Source of the DNA: Lama guanicoe
Lineage: Eukaryota
Assembly: GCA_013239625.1 (NCBI GenBank)
Contig: MU053487.1
Coordinates: 1,321,058-1,385,057, forward strand
Length of the DNA: 64,000 nucleotides
Direction: 5' to 3'
Numbering within the stretch: position 1 is the first letter of the stretch; each line of letters opens with the position of its first letter. Positions 1 to 13,976 of the stretch are shown piece by piece. The notes under the pieces are model-generated. The model searched no databases, had not been told where the DNA came from, and saw only the letters and a program-made list of their open reading frames with translations. Position numbers and translations under genes: made by a program.

Positions 1-811
1 AGGCCTTCAGACAGGACAATGGCACAAAATCCGTTAATTATCATTTCTCAGACTGAATGGGGTGAACTTTGACAAAGCACACTTGTAGAAAAGCTATCTT
101 CACTAAGCACTTCTCTCCACGGGTAGGGTGTTTGACCCCAGGGAACGATACGAACACTCAAGGTATTTTTTCCTTTTTTGCTTATATTTAGAGAGTAATT
201 TTTAAATAGATTACAGAAAGATGTAATACGCTAGAGTGGCTTGCTTTCCTAGCTGAGCTCTTAAAAGCACTCCAGATTGCTAACAATTATAATTATACCT
301 TCATTCCTGGATACTGGAAATAATAGCACTGTTACTACAATGATTGATACCTGCACAAAAATGTAGGAGGTTAAACTGGGACTTTTGAGTGGACACTAAT
401 GATGGTTGTGTTGAAACTGACTTAGGCAATATGGAACCTGTGTATAGTAAGAACATGTTGTTTCAATGCAGAATAGTTTAAGAATCAAGTGCAAACAGGA
501 CTGACCACTCATGAATCATTGTTTAATGATGTAGTTAATAGTAAAATAAACTAAAACTTTAGGGAAAGTGTCAAAGAATTCAAACATTAATGGTGCTTTT
601 TGTTACTTGACCATCTGAGACAGATGTTTCAATTCCTCTTCACATAATTTCTGTGTACTTAAGACTTCTGTGTTAAAAGAAAAAAAATCAATATTTTGGT
701 TTCCTTAATTCAAAATCTGTACTTGTCTTGGCATATAAATAATTTAAAACTTACAAAAATAAGCTTTCTATGAGCCGGCTCCTTTGACCATGAACTAGAC
801 TTGAAAGTGGT

Positions 812-1355
812 TGTAGTGGGTGTCTACTGTTTGATATTCAACCCCTCCCATCCTCCATGGCCCACCCTCCCACACACACATTCATACGCAGACTCACACA
901 CATGCATGCTTTTCTTTTGAATTTACTTGTGTCTCTCCCACAGTCATCACACCTGTCTTACTGACCACAGGTGATTGGTACAGAGGTGAATACAAGCCAA
1001 CGTCAGAAATCATCCCTGGCATTTTTATTTCCTAGATTTAAACTAGAGCTAGAGATGCAATTCTCTCTAGCAATAAAGCCTGAAGCATGAGACTAATAAC
1101 TCAATTTTTTTTTCACTTTCATTATCATTTGTAAGAAAGAATTCCAACATATTTAAATGGTCCTGCAGAGAAAAGCAAAAATGAGAGACAGAATGAGACT
1201 CCTCTGAGCATTTAGTCCAGAAGCTCAGCTTGTTTCCTGACTGCCTGTGGTTATAAAAGACATCACAGTATCTTCACAACTGTTGCCAGTATTTGCTTAT
1301 CTCAGCTGAAGTTGGCTTTCTGTATTTTCCAAACCAAAGAGTCCTGGCTAATCCA
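812..1355 (+). mobile_element. MaLR solo LTR, old MLT1 family (MLT1K/L-like)
   Basis: Starts TGTAGTGG; contains the 'ggtgattggtacagaggtg' motif; ends with the MLT1-type '...gttggctttctgtattttccaaaccaaagagtcctggctaat'. Confidence 0.6.
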
Positions 1356-1379
1356 GTAAGAAAAAAAATGCTTAGGTCT

Positions 1380-1590
1380 GAATGGAAGGAAAATCAGTTT
1401 TGGTTTCTGATGGATCTGAATTTAAATACCAGGTCTAAACTTTGACTGGTCATGTGTTTTAATGTAAGTTACTTGTCCCTCTAAACCTCAGATTTATCTT
1501 TGATTAAATAAGAAGTAGGTATAACAGTTCCTAGTTTACTGTTAAGACTAATATGTCACAAGGTATGAAAATTTGAAATGATAGTCCCTG
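1380..1590 (+). mobile_element. MIR SINE fragment
   Basis: MIR core-like 'aagttacttgtccctctaaacctcagatttatctttgattaaataagaag...gttaagactaa'. Confidence 0.6.
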
Positions 1591-3019
1591 TCTCCTTTTT
1601 TATCTAGCTATTTCTAAAATGATCTAAAGCAAAAGAAAAAGACATTTAAGGTGGAGGAAGAATGGAAGTGATTATTTTCCCTCTATTTCTTACTGATTTA
1701 AATGATGAGGCATTTTTCTTATAAGTTGACAAGCACCTATTTGTATGCTCCCAATGATAAAAATATTTTTTACTCAAAATTAAATTTCACTGGGTGCAAG
1801 TTCCAAAAAAGACTGAATATATCATATTTGGATAAACAGAATTCTATGGAATGACTTGCTAAACGAACCAGCAGTAAGCACTGGAAGAAAATGACCCAGG
1901 AAAAAAATAAGCATCTATAATGTTTCAGAAAAGGAAAATGCCAAGTTAAAGTGAATGGATGGCCATGCCCAGAAACTCTCTCACTTTGCACTCCAACTTT
2001 CAGGAGTGGGCAGCAGCCTCTCAGATTAATGTTTCCTGCTCATCATGTCTTACAGAGTGACTTTGTATATTTCACTTAATCTCCTCCTTGCCTTTCTGGG
2101 CTTTCTCCACAGAACAGACGTAGAAAACTGAATACCACCTGGTGAAGATGAACGAACAGTGTGGCACTTTCTTTGCCAGAAAAGGCAGTGTGAAAAATGG
2201 GGACTTGGCTGTGCTGGGGAATGGGGTTTTAGAGCCTTTTATGACAGAAAACCCTTTTTCTTAGATATCAGGACAGTCATGGGTGTGCATCACAGAGAAC
2301 AGGGAATTGATAAACTGGTACCTGCTGTAAACTGTGATACAATGTCAATTACAGGTAAATAAACTTACCTCACCACTTGACTTTACAGTGCGCAAAATTG
2401 TTTCTCATACGTGAGATTAGCGGCCTGGGGTAATAATTAGGTGAGAAATTAAATTATCTCAGAGGGCTTATCTGTTTTGCCCAAAGTCACAGCCAGTGAG
2501 TGCTGAGGCAGGTTTCAAAGCCAAGCCTTCCAGATCCAGCCAAATTTTGTTATCATCTCCAGTGCTGTCCATGCACTCAAGCACCTCTGAGTCAAGCCAC
2601 CCCAAGAAGCCCTGAGATGGAGTTTGGGTAATACTCTTTCTTCTTCCACGCTGTTTCCTCTCACAATTTTCTTCTTTTTGTTCCTATTGCTGTTTAATGT
2701 ACATTCCTTCTTTGCCTTCCTCCCCTTTTATTTTCTCTACTTTAAAGGTATCTTTTCAAAGTATTTGAACAGCTGTACCACCACTGATTTTCACAACAAC
2801 CTTCTAATGGAAGAACACCCAATTTTCAGCCCCATTTACCTGTGAGAGAAGCTGATGTGCAGAGATGTTCCACGATCACACGCAGCACAAAGGCAGTATC
2901 AGCACCAGGGTCCCGGATGCATGAGGGCAGGCAGAGCCTTAGTGCCTTTCACTGTTTTAAAGGCTTGGTAAGAAAACTGGTTTCACAGCCAGAAAGCAGG
3001 TTGTGAATGTGTTCCAGTT

Positions 3020-3350
3020 CATCCATTCACCCATCCATCACTGTTACATATCTATCTAACAGAGACTGTTCTTCCTGACTCTGAGATGACAGAGGTAAAA
3101 AGATCCAACAGTCCCTGCTATTAAATAACTCACATGTCATGTGAGACATAATTTGGCGGATCGTATGGCGGAAATAATGAAGAACGAGTTGCAGTTGTAA
3201 AGAAGTGTACCGCCTAGGGAGGAGGCAGGCAGATGCACTTATTAACGGGGAGGTCATGCGAGGTGAAAGGCCAAGACTTGATGCTAAAGGACTTGGATTG
3301 TGTGTGACGTTAGGCAAGTTATTCTCCCTGAGATTTTAGGCAGCGGAAAT
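3020..3350 (-). mobile_element. L2 LINE 3' fragment
   Basis: 'catccattcacccatccatc' tail followed by 'ctgagatgacagaggtaaaaagatccaacagtccctgcta', typical of an antisense L2 3' end. Confidence 0.55.
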
Positions 3351-4783
3351 AGCATAATGGTGGGGAGGGGTATTTGGGTCAATGACGACATTAAGTACTG
3401 TGAGAGTTCTAGCCCTTCCATCCTTTTCTAAATGATGCTACATAAATTCTCTATCCTAGCTCCTACTACAACCCCACCCAGAATGTGGAAACATTCTATA
3501 TTAAGTTTACATGCATGAATAACATCTGCAATAAAAGCTATTAAGTCCACTGAATTCAGTATTCCCAGATCATTTTTATATTGCCCTTTATGCTAATCGG
3601 TGCCCAAGGAAATGTATGTGATGCAGAATCTGGAAAATATAGCACCAAACCAGACAAAACTAACTGCAGCACACAACACAGTGTAAATAAAAAATCAGTT
3701 GCCTTGTGGAGTCTTCTTTAGACATACTACATTTATTGATGTGCTAAATGAGGCCAGATGAGCAAGATAAATACTGATTAAGAGAACAGAATTGAATTTT
3801 AAATCCCAGTTAAAAAACAAACAAACAAAGAAAAAAGAGCTAATAATGAACAGTATTGAAGGAATTGATAAGAACTACTGATCTGTTTTTAAATAGTGCA
3901 AAACAGTATTACTCTGTATTAGATCACTCTGAGCAAATAAATAGGAAATAAGAAAAAAAAAGAAAAAAAAACACACACAGACACACTCAAAAAACAAAAT
4001 AGGAAATAAGGTTTACATTTTTCTAGGAAATTGTTGATCTTGACAGTGAGTTTCAAAGAATACTTCTTTTGCCAAAATGGCCACATTTTATACTGACATT
4101 GTTGGCCCTCCTCCCACCCCAGACACACTTTTCCATCCATTGTCATTTCGGTTTGGTCATGTTTACCCCCGATAAGATTTCATCTTCTAAATCCAGAAGA
4201 ATGCAAACATTTTCACCAGGGTTTCTTAAGTATAAGGAGTTCTGCCTAGGCTTTAGGAGCAAGCAGCCTGGAGCTAAGGATATTTAGGCTCTGAAAGGGA
4301 AGAATTGGGGGAATATAGTAAGTATGTTTTAAAAAGTGAAGGATTAGCCTGTGGAAGAGAGACGAGTTTTGTTATCCCGGGCATCAGAAAATAGCCTCAG
4401 CACCAGTAGACGAAGGTGGAGGAGGACAGTGTGAGGAGGACAGGGAGGACTTCTAATGATGCAGCACGATTCAAGCTGAGCGGCGTGGAAGTGGCTGGTT
4501 CCCGGTCTTCGGAGGCATTTTTGCAAATACTTAGTGTCTACTGAGTTGCAGTGTGTAAGAAGGGATGAAGTGACAGCTGAATGGGGGAAACAGAGCAGCA
4601 ATTTTGAAAACTATGGGTATTCAACTCATTTTTAATACTTTGATGCCAAAATTGAACTTGCATTCTAGGGTTTTCACCACATGGAAATTAAATGATTTGG
4701 ATATTTATCCTATCCTGGCCTGTCACCAGCTGTGGGACCTGAGTTGAGTCACTATGTTTCTATAGGTCTCTGTCTACTGGCAT

Positions 4784-5277
4784 TGTACTGGTCAGGGTTC
4801 TCCAGAGAAACAGAATCAATAGTAGATGAGATAGAGGAGAGAGAGAGCTGATAGAAATGGAGGTAGAGGTAGAGAGGTAAGAGAATTTTTATTGTGGGAA
4901 TTGGCTCACTTGACTACGGAGGCTGAAAAGTCCTACAATATACTGTCTGTCAGCTGGGGAACCAGGGAAACTGGCGGTATAATTCAGACAGCCAGAAGAC
5001 CTGAGAACCAGATTCCTTTGCCTGAGGGCAGGAGAAGATGGATGTCCCAGCTCCAGAACAGAGAGAAAGAGAATTTGCTTTCACCTTTCTCTTCTCTTTG
5101 GGCCCTCAATGAATTGGCCTGTTCCTGCCCACCTTGTTGAGAGTGATCTTCTTTGTGCTGTTTACTGATTCAGATGCTTCTGGAAACACCCTCACAGATA
5201 ACCCAGTAATAATGTTTTACCAGCCACCTACACATCCCTTAGCCCAGGCAAGTTGATATATAAAGTCAACCATCTCA
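4784..5277 (-). mobile_element. MLT2 (ERVL) solo LTR
   Basis: Diagnostic 'tgtactggtcagggttctccagagaaacagaa...gaattggctcac...ggaggctgaaaagtcc...aagttgatatataaagtcaaccatctca'. Confidence 0.85.
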
Positions 5278-5280
5278 AGT

Positions 5281-6515
5281 GTTTTTTAAAAGGTATACTA
5301 TTTAACACAGTAAAATCCACCCTTTCTAGTGTGTTGTTACGTGAAGTTGACAAACACAAGCAGCTGTGTGAGCACCACCACAATTAAATTATAGAAAAGT
5401 TCCATTACTCACCCACTGAACTCTCACCTGTCCTTCTGTGGTCAACTCTTCCTCCCACCCCTGGTCTCTGGCAGTCACTGAACTGTCTTCTGTCCCGATA
5501 GTTCTACTTTTGCTACGGTATCATATAAATGATACCATACAGAATCACACTGTTAGTAATCTTTTGCGTTTGGCGTCTTTCACTTAGTCTACTGCTTTGG
5601 AAGTCATCCACGTTGTGAATAGTTGGTTCCATTTTACTGCTGAGTAGTAGTCCCTTGTATGGATGGACTATGGTTGGTTCATCCATCCTCTGAGCCGGGA
5701 ACACTTGGATTGTTTCCAGTCTCTTGCTTGAATGGACACTACATCTGCATTCCAGCCGGGAAAATGTGAGAGTTCCTGTTGTTCTGCATTTTTACCAGTG
5801 GTTGGAATTATCAGCTTATTTTTTTCATTTTATTTTAGCCATTCTAACAGATGTGTGGAGGTGGCTTCTTCTGGTCTTAATTTGCACTTCTCTAATGACT
5901 AATGATGCCGAAGACTTTTTCGTATCTTTACTTGTCATTCATATATCTGCTTTAGTATAATTACTTTTCCATGTATTTTACTCATTTCCAAAATGTGTTT
6001 TATTTTCTTATTATTGAGTTTTCAGGGTTCTGTATATACTGGATGCAAGTCCTTTGTTAGATACGTAATTTGCAAACTTTTTCTCAGTATGTGGCCTGTT
6101 ATTAATTCTCTTAACAGTGTCTTTTGAAGAGCTGCTACTCCTAATTTTCCTGAAGTTCAATGTATTAGTTTTTGTCTTGTGCACCTCGCTTTTGTGTTAT
6201 ATCTAAAGAAGTCTTTGTTCAGTTCAAAGTTAAAAAGATTTTCCCCTATGGTTTCTTCTGAAAGTTATATAGTGTTAGGTTTTATGTTTATGATCCATTT
6301 TGGATTTAAGGTTTGTATAAAGTGTGATATATGGATTGCAGTTCATTCATTTGGCTTATGAATACTCATTTATGCCAGCACCATTTGTAGAAAAGACTAT
6401 CATTTCTCCATTGAATTACCTTTGCACTTTCACAGAAAATGAATTGATCATACATGTGGCTTAATTTCTGGACTCTTTATTTGTTCCATTGATCTGTATG
6501 TTTAGCGTTTTGATG
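5281..6515 (-). mobile_element. Old L1M (L1MA/L1MB-type) 3' end
   Basis: Antisense L1 3'UTR/ORF2-end motifs 'ttttagccattctaacagatgtg', 'ttaatttgcacttctctaatgactaatgatg', 'ccagcaccatttgtagaaaagactat'. Confidence 0.85.
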
Positions 6516-7469
6516 GAATAAACATATTAGAAAAATAAAGAAAAAGGAAAGAAAGGAAAGGAAATAAAAAATGAGAGTAAAGAAATGAAAAGGAAAGGAA
6601 AAATGTAAGTATGTACCTCTTGATAAGGGCAAATACTATTTCAGGAAACTTGTTGTTTAGTTAAATGTGTGTGTAAGTATGTGTAGTGTGTGTGTTTATT
6701 GAATCATCACATATAGTACTTGTGACCTTTCAGCCACAAATGTGACAATATTGAATTAGATGCCTCTTCCTCTTGTATCTAAGATTGATACCTGAGTTGG
6801 TCTCCTTCTCACCTGTGTGTATATTTTTGCAGGAAACATAAAACAGCTGAAATGATGAATCTATAAGATTTGAATATATATGAGATAAAGAAATGGGTGC
6901 TGTGCTCAATAAGGACCATATCCTCATGTAGAATATCTGACACTTGTTTTACATGTATGCTTTTAGTAAAACTAACCTCATCCCTTTTATTTGCTTTCTG
7001 TGATCAATCGATCCATCAGATAGATAGATAGATAGTCTCCCAATTCTACTTTTGCTCTTTGCAGTGGTTCATGAAGGTGGCAGTTCCCTCTGCCTTCCCC
7101 CCAGCACATCAATGTGAGTATGATCTCACTGATGGTATATAAGCTGAATTATCGTATGACAGATTCAGAGAGTTTTTTTATTGTCATTTAACTTCTTTTT
7201 TTTTCTGTGAATGAAGTACTATCATGAGCACTATGCTCTTTTTCATTCTTTCCTTTTTAATCTTTTAGATGACTAGATTGAACGTGCATGCTTGCAAATT
7301 TGAAGGTGAAGCCCACACCCACCATGAAAGGAACCTGAGTTGCTGAGAATTTCATAGGGTGAAACTGTCATTTCAGCTATAGGCAGTGTAACACTGTTCA
7401 TTTAGGTAATGAATACTCAGCTTAATTCTTTTTTATTTCTTAGTTAATTTAGGTTTTTTCTGTTACTTA

Positions 7470-8352
7470 CAATGACATAGCCATCGTCCCTTTGACAGCA
7501 CCCTGATTTCCCCTCTCATCTGTATGCGATCCCATGGACTTCCCCATCTTTATAAATCATAACACTACACTGCTATTGGTTTAGACCAATGGGACTTGGA
7601 ATCAACTTTGATTCTTCTCTTTCTGTCTCCTCATTCAACCCATCAGCAGAATCTCTCTATGCAACCATTGCAGCATGTGTAAAAATCACCTTCTCATCTT
7701 GTGAGCCTGGTCTGAGCCATTGTCATCTCTCCTGTGGATTGTTACAGTTACCCTACAGTTGGTCTCTCTTCTTCCACACTCTTTCACACTTGCTTCCTTA
7801 GTTCAATTCTCATCAGAACAACCAGAGGGCGGCTATTTGAAATAAATAGTACATCACCTCACCCTCTGCTCAAACCCTGCCAAGGGTGCCAGTCTCAGTA
7901 TATCCAGAGCCCTTATAATGGCTTTCAGGGTGCAAATTTTCCTGATCCCTGTCATTTCTCTCTGTCATCTCCTCTGTTTTCTCCCATTCTCTGATTTCCA
8001 ACCACCCTGGCCTGCACACTGTTTTCTTTGCCAATCACCCACTTACTCCAGATGCACTCATAGTTCACTCCTTTCCTCCTTTCAGTCTCTGCTTAAATGC
8101 AAACTCTACTGAGAGAAGACTTTTTTTTTCCACTTACATAAACTATTACCCCTTCCAACACTTCACACCTCCTATACTTTGTTTCATATTTATCACAACG
8201 CTTAACCTCACAGACGTTAGCTTTTTAAATTCATCTGTTGACTCTCTTCCCTCAAAGACAGCAGAGCTTTCACTGATGTATCTATAGCACCTAGAGTAGT
8301 GGCTGGCACGTATGGTACCCACTCAAAAAGCATTCGTTGAGTGCATGAATAA
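7470..8352 (+). mobile_element. L2 LINE 3' region
   Basis: 'ggtctgagccattgtcatctctcctgtggattgttacag', 'ccctctgctcaaaccctgccaaggg' and the L2 tail 'agcacctagagtagtggctggcacg...gttgagtgcatgaataa'. Confidence 0.8.
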
Positions 8353-8429
8353 GCGGAAAAGAAGAAGAAAATGGGTTGTATACTTTTGAATCATGACTAC
8401 CTATAATCGCAATCATTTCTACCTGAAAG

Positions 8430-8590
8430 GTCTTGAGGAACTTAACTTAATGTCTGACCCTCATGTTCCTCCTCTCTCGAGTGGGCATAATACTACTTGC
8501 CTGAGGGTGCTGATGTGAGAATTAAATCAAGTTATCCTAGTAAAAATGTTCAGCACAAATTCCTTCCCAAAGATAGATTCAATAAAATTT
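8430..8590 (+). mobile_element. MIR SINE fragment
   Basis: 'aacttaacttaatgtctgaccctcatgttcctcctctctcgagtgggcataatactacttgcc...gtgagaattaaatcaag'. Confidence 0.65.
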
Positions 8591-9399
8591 TGATAAGTCA
8601 CAGAATGTTGGAAAGAATGTAAACAAAGTCATCTAATGATTTTGAGGGAAAGTATCTTGCAAGATTTTCCAGGCTAATGACATGAGTAAATTCAGATAAT
8701 CTCCAAGCATTAAATAGAATTCACAATGCCTTAATTCAATTCTCCAAAGCATTAAACATCCATGATTAAGGAAATCTGTGTGTTTTATGACTTACGAAAT
8801 GAATGTATTTCTTACAAATCCGAAGCATTTGGCTGGAGGCTTGGGAGTCTTTTTGGCTTTTGGCTAACCCCTGGAGAACAATCTTGGTAGAGAGAGGTTG
8901 GCACTTTCCGACGAGGACCTTGTCCCCCAGGAAAGGATGCTATAGTTTTTAACATGCAGAGAGGACCCTTTATGGCTCTATTCACATGGAACATGCCTCC
9001 CTTAGGGGTGCAGTCAGCTCAGACCTGAGTTGCCTTTCCATCACAATAATCTTGAGATATATTAATCTGGAAATTTTCCTGTCATCCCTGACATCCTTGT
9101 CAGTCTTCATCTCCTCTGCTGGATTCTTTTCTCCCTTACCTCCTGACCACACTCTTGTAAGTCTTTCTGTTTTGTGTCCTTAGCTGTGTCCACTTCCTCC
9201 ATCCCAGACTTACCATTGTGCCCAAAGGAACCCATTTTTCTTCCTTAACATCTTGAAGTTTCTCTTCTCCTTCCAGCATTAACATATGTTTTTCTCTAAC
9301 GAGGACCTTTGCCCCCCGAAGTTATCTCAAGCCTCTGCTGCTCACACTTTATCTCAGGCTCTGGAGGTGGATAGGAATTCCTCATTCTTTTTTTGTCAT

Positions 9400-9566
9400 A
9401 GGACTTCATGCTGCGATGGAAGTGTTCTATACCATGCTGTCCCACGTGGTAACCACTAGCTAAATGTGACTGTGGAGTACTTAGGAAGTGACTTTTTATT
9501 GTATTCAATTAATTTGAACTAAAAGGTCAAATGTGGCTAGTGTCTACAGTATTGGACATCACAGTT
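9400..9566. mobile_element. MER3-like hAT-Charlie MITE
   Basis: 'gatggaagtgttctatacc...gctgtcc...ggtaaccactagctaaatgtgact...atgtggctagtgtctacagtattggaca'. Confidence 0.75.
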
Positions 9567-10165
9567 CCAGACCCTTTCTCCTCCATGCTCCAGTAAAAAG
9601 ATACTTTTGATTCTAGAGATATCACCCTCTTACCCTTCAACCTCTGTTTAATTCAGTTAATCAGCTGAATATATAGACTAAGTCAGTTCTTTGTCTTCTG
9701 GTTTTCTGTCATTATTCCATTTCAAGACCTACCATTGCTCTGGGTAACCTCAACTTTTGCACATGTAACACTTGTTCAACCCCTGATGCCCTGATTCTTC
9801 ATACTTTTACATTTGATATAATTTACTCTACTCCATAGGTTACTCATGCCTGAAATATTAAATTCGAACTATGACACCTTCTGCCAACCATGCTACATAG
9901 CTGAGAGGAGAAAGCTTAGATAATGACCTGGTTTGCCTCTTAAATGGCCCATCTACTAGAAGGTGTTCCCTGTTGCTTCAGTTTATATTTAAGAAATCTT
10001 CCTCTCTACACGTCACCACATACCTGGTCTATACTATTGCAGCATTTGGTACTATTCCAACATAATTCACTGTAGCACTTAACAGCACTTACTGTAACTG
10101 CCTCTTGATAGATACACATTTTGTATCTGATAAAGTGTAGTGCTTTGGTTAAATAACAGTTTTTT

Positions 10166-10309
10166 CCCGTTTATTTATTTATTTTGGTTTGTTTTGGGGG
10201 GAAGGTAATTAGGTTTATTTATTATTTTTTTAATGGAGGTACTGGGGATTGAACCCAGGACCTCATGCCTGCTAAGCACACACTCTAACACTGGGCTATA
10301 CCCTCCCCC
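10166..10309 (-). mobile_element. Camelid tRNA-derived SINE (Vic-1 type)
   Basis: Antisense B box 'ggggattgaacccagg', A-box region 'cactgggctataccctccccc', 'ggtaattaggtttattt' body; imperfect TSD taacagttttt / taactgtcttt. Confidence 0.9.
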
Positions 10310-10799
10310 GTAACTGTCTTTTGATTTCTCTACCTTCCTGCTAGAACATGGGAAAAACCGTTCTTATTCATGTACTACTACAGAGTGATCAGATGAGAGC
10401 AGACACAAAGAAGGTCCCAATAAATGTGTGAAGGAAGGAGTGGATGAATGGATTCATTTTACTTGCTGAAGGGATAAGGCCCAATAATTTATAAGCAGAT
10501 CCCTGAAAACTACCTTAGATTCAGAGGAACTATGGACCATGAACTGGATAGAGAAATAGGCCTGTGTTCCATCTCCTGGTGATCACAGAGATCCAGACTG
10601 GATCACAGATGTATCAGAGTAGTTTCTTCTTAATGAGAATGTGTATTTATAACCAGAACTTTATCGACCAGATGAATTTTCTAGGTGATAATTTCTAATT
10701 TCATCAGAATTGTAGCTATTGCAGAGTTCTTAACCACTCAAAGCTTTTACTAGAATTTACACTTTTGGATTTTCTTGGTTGATTTTTTGTTTGGTTATT

Positions 10800-11725
10800 T
10801 TTAAAAACCACTTTGTTGAGGTGTCATTGGCATATCAAGAGCTGTACATATTTAATGCATACAATGTCACGAGTTTGGGGATAAGTATACGCTGTAAAAC
10901 CTTCACCACAATCTAGACCATAAACGTCCATTACTACCAGAAGTTTCTCCTGTCTTTCCTTCTTTGTGTATATGATAAGAGCACAACAGAAGATCCATGC
11001 TCTGAGCACATTTTTAATTATACAGTACAGGTTTGTTAACTGTGGGCACTATGCTGTGCAGTAGAACTTGAAGACTCGTTTATCTCACATAACTGAAATT
11101 TTGTTCTCTTTGACCAGTACCTCCACATCTCCCCCATCCCACCCACCCCTGGTAACTACCATTCTACTGTCCACTTTTATGAGTTTGACTATTTTAGATT
11201 CCTCGTGTAAGTGGGATCATGTCATATTTTTGTCACAAAAGTGTATGGGTTTTCCCTTTTCTCTACTTCCTCATCAGTACTTGGTATCTATTTTTTTAAT
11301 GATAGCCATCCTAACAGGGGAACAGGTGTCAGGTAATATTGTGGTTTTGTTTGTATTTTCCTGATAATTAGTGATATTGAACACTTACATACCTGTTGTC
11401 CATTTGTATGTCTTTTTTCAAGAAATGTCTATGTGGGTCCTTTGCCCTTTTTTTATTTGGGTTATTTGTTTTTTGTTTGCTTGGTTTTGGTTTTGTGGTT
11501 TGGGTTTTTGTTTTTTTTTTTCGCTATTGAGTTCTATGAGTTTCTTGTATATTTTGAATGTATCAGATAACTGATTTGCGAATACTTTCTCCCATTCTGT
11601 AGGATACCTTTTCACTTTGTTGATCATTTCTTTTGCTTATATAGAAGTTTTGTTGTTGTTGTTTTAGTTTCATGTAGTCAGACTTATCTTTGTTTCTGTT
11701 GCCTGTGCTTTTGGTCTTAAATCAA
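10800..11725 (-). mobile_element. L1MA-type 3' end
   Basis: 'ccccTGGTAACTACCATTCTACTG', 'gatagccatcctaacagg'; the minus ORF 11418-11627 (INKVKRYPTEWEKVFAN...IYKKLIELN) is the L1 ORF2 C-terminus. Confidence 0.9.
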
Positions 11726-12309
11726 ATATTGTTGTTCTAATGTGTTGTCTTGGCTTATTCAAGCACAATTGAACAATGCCTCGTTCTTACCAAGAATTTA
11801 ATATGGTTTCCGTGAATAAATGCAAAAACCAATTTCAGATGATAGTTAGAATATCTCTGTCATCTGATCCCTCTACTTTTACAATACTAATAGGTTTTAG
11901 ATTTCTTTCTTTCTTTTTTTCTGAATAAAGAAACAGACATACTATACTATTTAAGTCTTTGGTTCTGTGGGACCAAGACAGGCCCTTGCTGGTTCTTCCA
12001 AAATGTCAGCTCTCCCTTTTTGTACTTCATGGACAATGTGTTTTTAAGTTCTAAGGAGGAATGCTACTTAGGATATTTTCACACAGCGATCTTCCACATA
12101 TCCACAGGAGGAGGAGGAAGCCTTTGCAAGCTCTAATAATTTCTTAAGAAATTTTGAAAATTATATTTGTTCTTTGTATTTTATTATTATTATTACTATT
12201 GTTATTATTATTATAGTTTGAAAGGAAATACAGTGATCTAACTCCAGTTCTAACCCCACTGTTTCAAAATACCCATCTTTATCAAATAATAAGAATTGTA
12301 AATCGTAAT

Positions 12310-12545
12310 AACCTAAGATTTTGAGCATTTCCCTTGGAAAAAATCTTTGTTAAATGCTCTGTAATTTATATAATTTAATTATCACATCAACACATAGGTT
12401 GAATATTAATATAAGCATTTTGCTGATAAGGAAGCTGAAGCACAGAGAACTTAAACAACTCTACCAATAATAGAAAAATTATACATTTTGGTTGTGAATC
12501 CACTGTTTGGTTCCAGGGCCCATGCCATTAACCATTGAGCAATAT
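12310..12545 (-). mobile_element. MIR SINE
   Basis: 'ttttgctgataaggaagctgaagcacagagaacttaaacaact...ccagggcccatgccattaaccatt'. Confidence 0.65.
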
Positions 12546-13362
12546 TCTCCTGTGTGCATTACTTGAGTCTCAGATATCTTTTATCCTCTAGTGCAAATAT
12601 TACATTGTCTTAACTATCATAGGTTTATAGGTTTTGAAGCAGTGGAACATCTGGTAGGGCAAGCCTTCTCTCATTGTTCTCTATTATTTTTAAAATACTA
12701 TTCTATATAATATGTTACTCAGTAATTGTATATTATGGGTATACTCATTTAGAATCAGAGTATGAAGCTCCATAATATAGCCCATAAGGATTCTGAGTAG
12801 TACTATATTGGATTTATACATTGTTCTAGATAAAATGCTTTCATATATAATTTTGAAGCTTCGTATAAGCAGTATGGTACGTCTCTTTATTAAGACATCT
12901 TATATGCTTCTCGTAAGGTTTTATATTCTTCTTTATTTAGATCGTCAACATTTCTGGATAATTATGTTTCAAAGAATTTGGTAGTATTTTTGCTATTTTG
13001 AATGGCATTATTTGTCCAGTAATTAAAAAAGATATTTAAATCAATACAGTATTGATAGAATCTATAAAGACTATTGATTGTTCAATTTTAAAATAATTTT
13101 AGATTTAAAGAAATTGGATCGATATAGAATAGGAACATCCCATGTGCCCTTCCCCAAGCTTCCCTTCTTGTGAACATCTTGCGTGTCCATGGTACAGTGA
13201 TAGAAACTAAGGAATCAGCATCTCACAGATACTATCAATCAAAGACTTCATTGGGTTTCAGCCATTATTAAGGGCCTTTTTCTGTTCCAGGATCCAGAAT
13301 TGCATTTAGTTTTCTCCTTCATTCTGTGACATTTGTTTTTCATTGTCTTTCATAACTTTGAC

Positions 13363-13976
13363 TTTTTTTAACATTTTTATTGATTTATAATCATTTTACA
13401 ATGTTGTGTCAAATTCCAGTGTTCAGCACAATTTTTCAGTCATTCATGGACATATACACACTCATTGTCACATTTTTTTCTCTGTGAGTTATCATAACAT
13501 TTTGTGTATATTTCCCTGTGCTATACAGTGTAATCTTGTTTTATTCTACAATTTTGAAATCCCAATCTATCCCTTCCCACCCTCCACCCCCTTGGTAACC
13601 ACAAGTCTGTATTCTCTGTCTGTGAGTCTGTTTCTGTCCTGTATTTATGCTTTGTTTTTGTTTGTTTGTTTTTGTTTTTGTTTTTGTTTTTGTTTTTGTT
13701 TTTTAGATTCCACATATGAGCGATCTCATATGGTATTTTTCTTTCTCTTTCTGGCTTACTTCACTTAGAATGACATTCTCCAGGAGCATCCATGTTGCTG
13801 CAAATGGCATTNNNNNNNNNNNNNNNNNNNNNNNNNNNNNNNNNNNNNNNNNNNNNNNNNNNNNNNNNNNNNNNNNNNNNNNNNNNGGACATTTAGTGCC
13901 ATGTTTTGGCTATTGTAAATAGTGCTGCTATGAACATTGGAGTGCAGGTGTTATCCTGAAGTAGATTTCCTTCTGG
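13363..13976 (-). mobile_element. Young camelid L1 3' end (5'-truncated), contains a 75-N assembly gap
   Basis: Similar to the copies at 47534-48141 and 59606-60103; flanked by direct repeat aactttgac (13354-13362 / 13977-13985); internal (TTTTTG)n run. Confidence 0.9.
13812..13886. other. Assembly gap (75 N)
   Basis: Run of N directly visible. Confidence 0.99.

Noticed and set aside
8911..9320. Short direct repeat acgaggacctt at 8911 and 9299
   Set aside because: Only 11 bp exact with no extended homology; compatible with chance.
13406..13768. Similar ORFs 'MSNSSV.HNFSV' at 13406, ~47779-48123 and 59661 suggesting a gene family
   Set aside because: All are antisense readings of the same L1 3'UTR.
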